Positions 46,847-54,833 of a stretch of DNA of 64,000 bases are shown here, one piece after another. Every line of letters begins with the position of its first letter. The stretch's first letter is position 1. A program made the position numbers and the translations under genes. The notes beneath the pieces are model-generated. The model worked only from the letters and a program-made list of their open reading frames with translations. It did no database searches and had not been told where the DNA came from. The stretch is from Myxococcales bacterium (lineage in GTDB: Bacteria > Myxococcota > Myxococcia > Myxococcales > 40CM-4-68-19): positions 14,404-78,403 of the forward strand of contig JAIVGS010000189.1 of the NCBI GenBank assembly GCA_020201435.1, in the 5' to 3' direction.

Positions 46847-47865
46847 CGCAGCATCTGTCAGCACCGGGAAAGGTCTTTCTCGCCGGCGAGTACGCGGTGC
46901 TCGACGGGCGGCCGGCGCTCGTCGCCGGTATCGATCGGGCGCTGCACGCCTCCTGGCAATCTGTAAAAAATGTACAGATCGTCCATGCCCCGTCGGGGAT
47001 CATCTGGGATGGCGGCCGGCCGCCGGAAGAGCTGCGGTTCGCCGTCCGCGCAGCCGAGCTCGCGCTCCGGCTGTGCGAAGAGGAGGACCTGCAACACCGC
47101 GGTTTTCGTCTCGTTTTCGAGGATGATTTCGTTTCCGAGGAAGGCGTCAAGCTCGGCCTCGGCGGCAGCGCGGCGGCCTCGGTGATCGCGGCGCGGGCCG
47201 CCTGCGCCGCGCAGGGACGGCTCCTGCCCGAGAAAGAGGCGCTCGCGCTCGCTCTCGCCGCGCATTTCATCGAGCAGGGCGGCTCCGGCAGCGGCGCCGA
47301 CGTGGCCGCCTGCGCTCTCGGCGGGGTCCTGCGGGTCCGGGCGCGGATTCCCTGGCGCTCGGCAGAGGAAGCGATGGCCGCTCCGGCGCGCGAATTGCTC
47401 CATGCCCACGCGATCGAAGCCGAGCGCGTCCGGGTCCCTGCCGATCTGCGGCTCCTGCTCGCCTTCACCGGAACAGCGGCGGACTCCCGCATCCTCGTCC
47501 GCAAGGTCAGCGCGTTCATCCGTGGCGATCCGCGCAAGTGGGCGAGGACGGCCGACGAGATCGGCGCCCAATCCGAATCGCTGCGCGAAGCTCTCGAATC
47601 GGGCGCCCGCGACGAAGCTCTCGCCGCCGTCCGGGCCGGAGCCGCGGCGATGGCGAGGCTCGGCGAGGAAGCCGGCGCCGGGATCATCACCGCCGACCTT
47701 GCCCTCGCGTGCGCGCTCGCGGCCTCGGCGGGCGCGGCCGGCAAGCCGAGCGGCGCGGGCGGCGGAGATTCGGCGGTCGTGCTCGCCTTCGGCGACGAGG
47801 TCCGCGATCGCGCCGAAGCCGCGTTGCGACAGCACTTTTCCGTCTTTCGCGTCGTCCCGGCATGA
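46843..47865 (+). CDS. phosphomevalonate kinase (GHMP kinase)
   Basis: ATG 46843 overlaps the mvaD stop (ATGA), 340 aa. 'APGKVFLAGEYAVLDGRPAL', 'GLGGSAAAS', 'GKPSGAGGGD'. Confidence 0.75.
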   Translation: MTQHLSAPGKVFLAGEYAVLDGRPALVAGIDRALHASWQSVKNVQIVHAPSGIIWDGGRPPEELRFAVRAAELALRLCEEEDLQHRGFRLVFEDDFVSEEGVKLGLGGSAAASVIAARAACAAQGRLLPEKEALALALAAHFIEQGGSGSGADVAACALGGVLRVRARIPWRSAEEAMAAPARELLHAHAIEAERVRVPADLRLLLAFTGTAADSRILVRKVSAFIRGDPRKWARTADEIGAQSESLREALESGARDEALAAVRAGAAAMARLGEEAGAGIITADLALACALAASAGAAGKPSGAGGGDSAVVLAFGDEVRDRAEAALRQHFSVFRVVPA

Positions 47866-50429
47866 TCCTCGCGCTGGTTTTCAGCCTGCTCGCGACCGGC
47901 GAGAACGTGCGCGAGCCCGTGGCGCAGCCGCAGCCGGCAGCGCCGCAGATCGCGCAGTTTCCCGAGGTGGTCGAGTCGGTCACCCCTGACTACCCGCCCG
48001 CTCGCCTCGAGCGCGGCGAGACCGCGGTGGTTGTGCTGACCATCGACATCGACGAGCAGGGCAACGTCGTCCGCGCCGAGGTGGCGAAGGGCGCCGGGGC
48101 GGATTTCGACCAGAGCGCCCTTGCCGCGATCCGGAAGTTCCACTTCTCGCCGGCGAAAGACACGACCGGCAAGCCGCTGCTCGTGCGCGTCCCGTTCACG
48201 ATGCGCTTCGTGGTCGCGAAGAAGGCCGTGCAACATGAGATTTTGACCGGCGTCGTGCGCGGCATCGTGCGCGAGGCAGGCACGCGAAGGCCGATCGCCG
48301 GCGCCGACGTGATCTCCGACGCCGGCCGCTCGGCGATCACCAACGCCGAGGGCCGCTACCAGATCGACCTCAACCCCGGCGAGCGCGTGCTCACCATCTC
48401 CGCCCCCGGCTACGAGCAGCGCGAGGTCAAGGTCACCGCCGCGCTCGATTCGATCGTCGAAGCGCCGGCGACGTGGCTTCACCGCACGGTCGTCGGGGGC
48501 CTCGAGGCGACCGTCCCCGGCGAGAAGCCGAAGGACGCCCCGACGCGCCGCACGCTCACCCACGACGAGCTCGTCAACGTGCCGGGATCATTGAACGATC
48601 CGATCCGCGCCGTGCAGAACCTGCCGGGGCTCGCGCGCTCGCCGTTCCTCGGTGGCCAGCTCCTCGTCCGCGGCTCGCCGCCGGCGGATACCGGCACCTA
48701 CCTCGATGGACACCGGATTCCCCAGCTCTACCACTTCCTCGGCGGGCCGTCGGTGATCAACGAGCAGCTCCTCGACCGGATCGATTTCTTCCCCGGCGGC
48801 TACGGCGCGTACTACGGCCGCAACCTCACCGGCGCGATCGACGTCGGCACTCGCAAGGGAGACCAGCAGGGACTGCACGGCCAGGCGTCGCTCGATCTGA
48901 TCGAAGCGGTCGGATTCGTCGAAGGCCCGGTCGACTCGAGCACGCAGGTCGCGGTCGCGGCCCGGCGCAGCCACATCGATCTCTTCCTGCCGCTCTTCAT
49001 CCCCAACGATCCGAACCGCGGCGTCACCAGCATCGTCCCGATCTATTGGGACTACCAGGCGCGGGTCGATCACGAGAACCTCTCGCTGCTGGTCTTCGGC
49101 AGCAGCGACGCGCTCACCGTCATCGAGAAAGGCGGGCGGAGGACGCTGCCGCTCTCGATCGACACCCGCCTCGGCTTCCACCGCGCCGTCATGACCTGGA
49201 AGCACGACCTCTCCGAGACTCTGTCGCTGAACCTCTCGCCCGCGCTCGGCTGGACCAGGCAGTCGTTCAGCGCCGAAGGCGCCGGGCCGGGCGCATTCGC
49301 CCAGCCGCAGACCGGGGACGTCACCATCCTCACCGGCGAATTCCGCGCTGACCTGCGCTGGAAGGCGCGCAACTGGATCGAGGTGCGCGCGGGAACCGAC
49401 GTCGAATTCGACCGGGCCGCGTACAGCTTCGACATCCAGTCCTCCCTGCAGCTTCGCAACCTCGGCATCCTGATCACCCAGCGCGACGTCTTCTCGCGCG
49501 TGCAACCGGCTCAATTGTGGGGAGAATTTGCCGAAGCCAAGATGACGCTCGGCAAGCTCGAGCTGACGCCGGGCCTGCGGTTCGACCAGTATCACTGGCG
49601 AGAGCATGCGCGGTGGTCGATCGATCCGCGGCTGTGGGGCCGGTACGCGCTCTCCGACACCTGGGCGGTCAAGTCGTACGTCGGGCTGTACCACGAGCCG
49701 CCCAACGGGCAGCAGATCGACATCGACGTCGGCAATCCCGACCTCGGCCTGGAGTGGGCGCTGCAGGTCGGCGCCGGCGTCGAGCACCGGATCTCCGATG
49801 TCTGGAACGTGAGCGCGGAGGTCTTCTACAACCGGCGCGGCTCGCTGATCGTCCGCGTCGACCCGGTCCTGCAGCCCGACCAGACGGTCTACAACCCGCG
49901 CCTGCTCAACAACGGCATCGGCCGCTCGTACGGGCTCGAGCTGTGGATCCGGCGCGAGATCACGGCCAGGCTCTACGGCTGGCTCGCGTACACACTGTCG
50001 AAGAGCGAGATCCTGCCGAATCCGGGCGACCAGTGGCGGGCGTTCCAGTTCGATCAGACGCACATCCTCACGCTCGTGGTCGGGTATCGGCCGACGCCGG
50101 GATGGGAGCTCTCGACCCGGTACCGCCTCGTGTCGGGCAATCCGATCGCGCCGGTCGACTACGCGACGTTCGACGCCGATACCGGCAGCTTCATCCCGAC
50201 CCGGGGCACGTTCGGCGATGCGCGCGAGCCGCTCTTCAGCCAGCTCGACGGGCGCGCGCAGTACACCTGGACGTGGACGTACTGGCAGCTCTCGCTCTAC
50301 CTCGACGTGCAGAACGTGACCAACCGGACCAACGAGGAGTTCCACGTCTACGACTACCGGTATCGCGATCAGGGCAGCATTTCGGGGCTGCCGATCCTGC
50401 CGACCTTCGGCGTAAAGGGAAAGTTCTGA
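47862..50429 (+). CDS. TonB-dependent-receptor-like outer-membrane protein with N-terminal TonB-C and carboxypeptidase-regulatory-like domains
   Basis: ATG 47862 overlaps the pmk stop (ATGA), 855 aa. 'VTPDYPPARLERGETAVVVLTIDIDEQGNV', 'GVVRGIVRE...TNAEGRYQI', plug 'PGSLNDPIRAVQNLPG', terminal '...LPTFGVKGKF'. Confidence 0.8.
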   Translation: MILALVFSLLATGENVREPVAQPQPAAPQIAQFPEVVESVTPDYPPARLERGETAVVVLTIDIDEQGNVVRAEVAKGAGADFDQSALAAIRKFHFSPAKDTTGKPLLVRVPFTMRFVVAKKAVQHEILTGVVRGIVREAGTRRPIAGADVISDAGRSAITNAEGRYQIDLNPGERVLTISAPGYEQREVKVTAALDSIVEAPATWLHRTVVGGLEATVPGEKPKDAPTRRTLTHDELVNVPGSLNDPIRAVQNLPGLARSPFLGGQLLVRGSPPADTGTYLDGHRIPQLYHFLGGPSVINEQLLDRIDFFPGGYGAYYGRNLTGAIDVGTRKGDQQGLHGQASLDLIEAVGFVEGPVDSSTQVAVAARRSHIDLFLPLFIPNDPNRGVTSIVPIYWDYQARVDHENLSLLVFGSSDALTVIEKGGRRTLPLSIDTRLGFHRAVMTWKHDLSETLSLNLSPALGWTRQSFSAEGAGPGAFAQPQTGDVTILTGEFRADLRWKARNWIEVRAGTDVEFDRAAYSFDIQSSLQLRNLGILITQRDVFSRVQPAQLWGEFAEAKMTLGKLELTPGLRFDQYHWREHARWSIDPRLWGRYALSDTWAVKSYVGLYHEPPNGQQIDIDVGNPDLGLEWALQVGAGVEHRISDVWNVSAEVFYNRRGSLIVRVDPVLQPDQTVYNPRLLNNGIGRSYGLELWIRREITARLYGWLAYTLSKSEILPNPGDQWRAFQFDQTHILTLVVGYRPTPGWELSTRYRLVSGNPIAPVDYATFDADTGSFIPTRGTFGDAREPLFSQLDGRAQYTWTWTYWQLSLYLDVQNVTNRTNEEFHVYDYRYRDQGSISGLPILPTFGVKGKF

Positions 50430-50446
50430 TGCAAAAGCAAAGGCAT

Positions 50447-50523
50447 ACCACTGAGACACGGAGGGCACAGAGGTCGGGTCTACAAGACCGAATCATCTCC
50501 GTGTCCTCTGTGCCTCGGTGGTG
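50447..50523. repeat. REP-like imperfect palindrome of the 'CACGGAG' family
   Basis: ACCACTGAGACACGGAGGGCACAGAGG...CTCCGTGTCCTCTGTGCCTCGGTGGTG. It starts 17 nt after the receptor gene's stop. It is related to the perfect copy at 63597..63683. Confidence 0.7.
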
Positions 50524-51385
50524 TGCGGTTGCCTTTGTCGCTGCCGCCGCCGCGTGCACGCCGAGCTTCCAGGCCCCGAGCGACGTGAACGACCTGCGCA
50601 TTCTCGCGGTCCAGGCCGAGCCTCCCGAAGCGCAGTACGACGACACCAGCGCCGACCCCGTCCACCTTCGCATCCTCGCCGTCGATCCGCCCAACGAGGG
50701 CGCCTTCGCGCTGATGAAGTGGGACATCTGCGCGCCCACCGACTCCCGCCGTTGCCTGGACGGCCCGATCATCCCGCAGGCGGCCGGGTCGCAGACCCGC
50801 CACGGCGGCCACGAGTTCTCGGCCGACATCGTGATCCCGTCCGGCCTCGTCTCCCTCCTCGTCGGCAACGACAAGCTCGGGGGCTACCTGGGGACCTTCT
50901 TCGCCCAGTTCTCCTTCTCGGTCGACGACGGCGACCCCCACTCGCCGATCTACGCCGACAAGTCCCTCGTCTACTCGCGCCGCGGCAGCCCTCCGAACCA
51001 CAACCCGCTGCTGACCGGCCTCGCACTGACCATCAACGGCGCTCCCGACCGCACGCTGTCGCCCGGCGAAATCCTGACCCTCAAGATCGGCGTCGAGTAC
51101 GGCATCCGCCCGCTCCTCGCCGCTGACGCGCGCGAGACGTACGACACGACCGATCTCACCGGCAAACCGGTGCACTTGACGGAGCAGCCGGGCTACTCGT
51201 TCTTCACCACGCCCGGCGCCGAGTTCGACCGCGACACCGCCGACGAGCCGTTCGACGGCGTCGCCCCGCCCGACGGCCTCACCCGCATCGACGCCTTCCG
51301 CGCTGGATCGGGGACGATGTGGGTGGTGGTGCGCGACGGGCGCGGCGGCGAGTCGTGGATCGAGGTTCCCTGGACGTCGAGCTAA
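50510..51385 (+). CDS. hypothetical lipoprotein
   Basis: I prefer GTG 50510 ('VPRWCAVAFVAAAAAC'). The track ORF would otherwise read through the palindrome. 291 aa with no recognised motif. Confidence 0.55.
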   Translation: MPRWCAVAFVAAAAACTPSFQAPSDVNDLRILAVQAEPPEAQYDDTSADPVHLRILAVDPPNEGAFALMKWDICAPTDSRRCLDGPIIPQAAGSQTRHGGHEFSADIVIPSGLVSLLVGNDKLGGYLGTFFAQFSFSVDDGDPHSPIYADKSLVYSRRGSPPNHNPLLTGLALTINGAPDRTLSPGEILTLKIGVEYGIRPLLAADARETYDTTDLTGKPVHLTEQPGYSFFTTPGAEFDRDTADEPFDGVAPPDGLTRIDAFRAGSGTMWVVVRDGRGGESWIEVPWTSS

Positions 51386-51774
51386 CCGGTGCGCCGGTGC
51401 GGATGTCCGTTTGGACCGCCGGTCAGGTTGTGGACCTTGCCGAGCAGCTCGTCGAGATCGAACGGCTTGGCGAGATAATCGTTGGCGTGCAGCTTCACCG
51501 CGTGGCCCTGGACCGAGCGATCGGCGCTGAGGATCAAGAGGGGCGCGTGCCGCATTCCACGCTTTTCCAGCTCGGCCACGAACTGCCACCCGTCCATCAC
51601 CGGCATCATCAGATCGAGCAGGATGCAGGCCGGCTGTTCCTTCGACAGGATGTCGAGCGCTTCCTGGCCGTTCGATGCCATCAACACGCGATACCCTTCG
51701 GTGGAAAGGCAGAGCGCCAGGGTCTGTAGGATGTCGGGATCGTCGTCGACAACGAGGATCAGTCGCTCCGCCAT
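51382..51774 (-). CDS. single-domain response regulator (CheY-like)
   Basis: 130 aa. 'ILVVDDDPD...ILLDLMMPVMDG...ILSAD...YLAKPFDLDEL'. Confidence 0.88.
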   Translation of the reverse strand: MAERLILVVDDDPDILQTLALCLSTEGYRVLMASNGQEALDILSKEQPACILLDLMMPVMDGWQFVAELEKRGMRHAPLLILSADRSVQGHAVKLHANDYLAKPFDLDELLGKVHNLTGGPNGHPHRRTG

Positions 51775-51883
51775 CGTAACCTGTCATAGAGGTGTCCGTC
51801 GGCCGGGTCAATCGGAGGATCACCCGAGTTCTCGCTTTTCAACTCATTGAAAACCCAGAGCGTTTGACTTACACACACCCAGA

Positions 51884-52066
51884 ATGACCCACCGCTGTCC
51901 AACCTGCCGCGGAGCCGTGAAGTCGAGAGAAGAGAACGCCGCCTACCCGTTCTGCTCGCCGCGTTGCCGGGCCGTCGATCTCGGCAAGTGGTTCACGGGG
52001 AGCTATCGCGTTGCGGGGAAACCGGCGCCGGGCTCGCCGCCGCAGCGGGACGAAGACGAGCAGTAG
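51884..52066 (+). CDS. yacG: DNA gyrase inhibitor YacG (zinc finger)
   Basis: 60 aa. 'CPTCRG...PFCSPRCRAVDLGKW'. Confidence 0.8.
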   Translation: MTHRCPTCRGAVKSREENAAYPFCSPRCRAVDLGKWFTGSYRVAGKPAPGSPPQRDEDEQ

Positions 52067-52102
52067 ACCGCCGCTCCAAGGCGTGTTACGCGGCGGGCCC
52101 CG

Positions 52103-53152
52103 ATGGCCAAAATCGTCCTGCGCACGGTGCTTTCGCTGGCGATGAGTGCGCTCTTCGTCTGGCTCTCGCTGCGCCACACCGACGTGCGTGCGGTGCTCGC
52201 CGCGATGGCCGCGGCGGACCCTTTGCGCATCGCTCTCTACATCGTCGTACTGCTCGCGATTCACCTGGTTCGGACGGTGCGCTGGGGCATCCTGCTCGAG
52301 CCCCTCGGCAAGGTCTCGTTCAAGCGGCTCAATTCGGCGAGCGCGGTCGGCTGGATGCTCTTGATGGTGCTGCCGCTCCGACTCGGCGAGTTCGCCCGGC
52401 CGCTGCTCATCGCCCGGCCCCCGGACGGCGGCGGCGCGCCGCTGCGCCGGAGCGGGGCGCTGGCCTCGATCGTCGTCGAGCGGATCGTCGACGGCATCTT
52501 CATCGGCATGCTCGGCATCGTCTCGCTGCGGATGTTGGGCAACTCCGCGTCGGGCAAGTATCTCGAGTTCGCGCGGAGCGCGTCGGTGCTGGTGGCGGTC
52601 GGATTCTTCGCGCTCTGCGTCGGGCTGGTGCTGGCGGTCCTCTTCCGCGAGCGAGCGCTGCGGCTGTCGCAGCGGGTGCTGCGGCCGTTCCCGCCGCGGA
52701 TCGCGGAGCGCGTGGCCGGCATGCTCGACGCGTTCATCTCGGCGGTGCACGTCGGGTCGGGGTGGAAGCTGCTCGGGTTTTTCATCCTCACCGGGACGTA
52801 CTGGACGCTCAACGCGATCGGGCTCGGCATCGTCGCGCCCGCCTTCGGCTTCACCGCGCTGACGCCGTTGATGCTGGCGGTTATACTTACTATACAAGTT
52901 GTCGGCGTGATGGTCCCGGCGGGCCCCGGGATGGTCGGAACCATGCAGTTCTTCACGCAGGCAGGGCTGTCGCTGTTCGTCGTCGACGGCTTCTCGGCTC
53001 GCGGCGCGGGTTACGCCAACACCGTCTGGCTGCTGCAGTTCGGCGAGCAGGTCGCGCTCGGCCTCGTCTTCCTCGTCGCCGGCCACGTCTCGTTGAAAGG
53101 CCTTCTCGGCCCGGCCGCGATGCAGGACGAAGCGGCTCCGGCCGCGCCTTGA
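52103..53152 (+). CDS. flippase-like / lysylphosphatidylglycerol-synthase TM-region (UPF0104) membrane protein
   Basis: 349 aa, about 8 TM segments. 'VRWGILLEPLG...LPLRLGEFARP' pattern. Confidence 0.65.
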   Translation: MAKIVLRTVLSLAMSALFVWLSLRHTDVRAVLAAMAAADPLRIALYIVVLLAIHLVRTVRWGILLEPLGKVSFKRLNSASAVGWMLLMVLPLRLGEFARPLLIARPPDGGGAPLRRSGALASIVVERIVDGIFIGMLGIVSLRMLGNSASGKYLEFARSASVLVAVGFFALCVGLVLAVLFRERALRLSQRVLRPFPPRIAERVAGMLDAFISAVHVGSGWKLLGFFILTGTYWTLNAIGLGIVAPAFGFTALTPLMLAVILTIQVVGVMVPAGPGMVGTMQFFTQAGLSLFVVDGFSARGAGYANTVWLLQFGEQVALGLVFLVAGHVSLKGLLGPAAMQDEAAPAAP

Positions 53153-53189
53153 CTGCATCTGAGGCCGCCGCTATCTTCCGCGCCCTTTC

Positions 53190-53266
53190 GGTGGCGTAGC
53201 TCATCCGGTTAGAGCGGCGGTCTCATAATCCGCAGGTAGGTGGTTCGAGTCCACCCGCCACCACCA
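53190..53266 (+). tRNA. tRNA with CAU anticodon (elongator Met; Ile2/lysidine type not excluded)
   Basis: Hand-folded cloverleaf. Acceptor GGTGGCG/CGCCACC, D arm GCTC/GAGC, anticodon loop CTCATAA, T arm GGTGG-TTCGAGT-CCACC, encoded CCA. The G1:C72 pair argues against an initiator. Confidence 0.9.
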
Positions 53267-53269
53267 CCT

Positions 53270-53887
53270 TCACGGCATCCCGTCGAAGAATTCGACCTCG
53301 CCGGTGGCGAGCTCGTACACGCCGCCGACCACGGCGAGGCCGCGCTCGAGGACCATCCGCTCGATGATCTCGGAGCCGTGCCGCAGTTGATTCGCGCTGG
53401 CGCGGACGTTGGCGCGGGTGGCCACGCGGGCCAGCGCGTCCGGATCGCGCGCGAGGTCGGTCTGCAACAGGGGCTCGATCGCCGGGCGGATGCGGTCGAC
53501 GATCGCCATCAGTCCGCGCGACCCCGCCTTGGCCCGTCCCTGAAGCACGTCGAGCGTCGCGCCCACGCCGCCGCAGAAGGTGTGACCGAGGACCACCACC
53601 AGCGGCGTCTGGAACCGCTCGACCGCGAACTCCACGCTTCCGACCTGCGAGGGCGCGACGATGTTGCCCGCCACGCGGATGACGAACAGGTCGCCGAGAC
53701 CCTGGTCGAAGACGATCTCGGCGGGGACGCGCGAATCGGAACAGCCGAGCACGACCGCGAACGGGTTCTGCCCGTGGACGAAATCGGCCCGCCGCACCTG
53801 GCTCAGAATCGGCTCCGCTCCACGCACGTTGGCGATGAAGCGCGCGTTGCCCTGCTTCAGCTTTTCCAATGCCTCGGGCGCGTTCAT
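53270..53887 (-). CDS. beta-class carbonic anhydrase
   Basis: ATG 53887 ('MNAPEALEKLKQGNARF'), 205 aa. 'LGCSDSRVP', 'FVIRVAGN', 'VLGHTFCGG'. Confidence 0.88.
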   Translation of the reverse strand: MNAPEALEKLKQGNARFIANVRGAEPILSQVRRADFVHGQNPFAVVLGCSDSRVPAEIVFDQGLGDLFVIRVAGNIVAPSQVGSVEFAVERFQTPLVVVLGHTFCGGVGATLDVLQGRAKAGSRGLMAIVDRIRPAIEPLLQTDLARDPDALARVATRANVRASANQLRHGSEIIERMVLERGLAVVGGVYELATGEVEFFDGMP

Positions 53888-53911
53888 GCGCGAGGTTATA
53901 CAATCGCCCGC

Positions 53912-54742
53912 ATGAGAATACCGGCTGTCGTCTCCAGCTTTGTCCACCGCGGACTGCGCATCTCGTTTCGCGAGTACGGCCACGGGCCCCGCGCGATCGT
54001 GCTGGTCCACGGCCTCTTGATGGACGGCAGCATGTTCGAGAAGGTCGCGCCCCCGCTCGCCGAGCGGGGACATCGCGTGATCGTCGTCGATCTGCCCGGC
54101 CACGGCGCGTCCGATCAGCCGCACGACATGGGCGCGTATTCGATGACCGCGTACGGCCGGGACGTGATCGCGCTGCTCGATCACCTCGGGCTCGAGACGG
54201 CCGTCATCGGCGGGACGTCTCTGGGCGCGAACGTCGGTCTCGAAGCCGCGGTCGCCGCTCCCGAGCGGGTGCGCGCGCTGGTCCTCGAGATGCCGGTCCT
54301 CGAGAAGGGCATCACCGGCGCCGGCGTCCTCTTCGTGCCGCTCGCGTTCGTGCTGCGCTTGAGCCAGCGCGGCATGCGCGCGGTCTCGCGGGCGACGCGG
54401 AAGATCCCGCGGACGCTCTTCCTCCTCGATCTTCTGATCGATTTCGCCCGGCGCGATCCGGCTTCGTCTCTGGCGGTCCTCGACGGAATCACCTTTGGAC
54501 GCGTCGCGCCGCCCCTCGAGGATCGGCGTCGCATCGCGCATCCGACGCTGGTGATCGGCCACCCCTCGGATCCGATCCACCCGTTCAGCGACGCCGACCG
54601 GACCGCCCGCGAGCTGCCCCGCGCGCGGATGATCGAAGCGCGATCGATCTACGAATGGCGCGTCCGTCCGGCGCGGCTGAACGCGGAGCTCGCGTCATTT
54701 CTGGACGGCGTCTGGGCCGAGCCCGCAGCGCGCGTCGGCTGA
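53912..54742 (+). CDS. alpha/beta hydrolase
   Basis: ATG 53912, 276 aa. 'IVLVHGLLMDGSMF', nucleophile elbow 'GGTSLGA'. Confidence 0.8.
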   Translation: MRIPAVVSSFVHRGLRISFREYGHGPRAIVLVHGLLMDGSMFEKVAPPLAERGHRVIVVDLPGHGASDQPHDMGAYSMTAYGRDVIALLDHLGLETAVIGGTSLGANVGLEAAVAAPERVRALVLEMPVLEKGITGAGVLFVPLAFVLRLSQRGMRAVSRATRKIPRTLFLLDLLIDFARRDPASSLAVLDGITFGRVAPPLEDRRRIAHPTLVIGHPSDPIHPFSDADRTARELPRARMIEARSIYEWRVRPARLNAELASFLDGVWAEPAARVG

Positions 54743-54833
54743 CCGCCGCTGGGACGGGCGATCCCACTTCCGGACGATCATCCGCACGGCTTCGTCTCAC
54801 GCCGGTGGCATGCATTTCGCTGCCGATCGAGCC

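Noticed and set aside
46961-46977. SOS-box-like CTGT-N9-ACAG inside the phosphomevalonate kinase gene.
   Set aside because: The spacing is 9, not the 8 of the E. coli-type LexA box. Delta/myxobacterial LexA sites differ anyway, and the sequence is intragenic. It is kept only as one of the A/T-codon islands.
51836-51853. Palindrome TTTTCAA-CTCA-TTGAAAA in the divergent spacer between the CheY-like gene and yacG.
   Set aside because: It is a real 7-bp inverted repeat, but I could not pair it with convincing -35/-10 elements or a cognate regulator. It is too short to distinguish from chance without comparative data.
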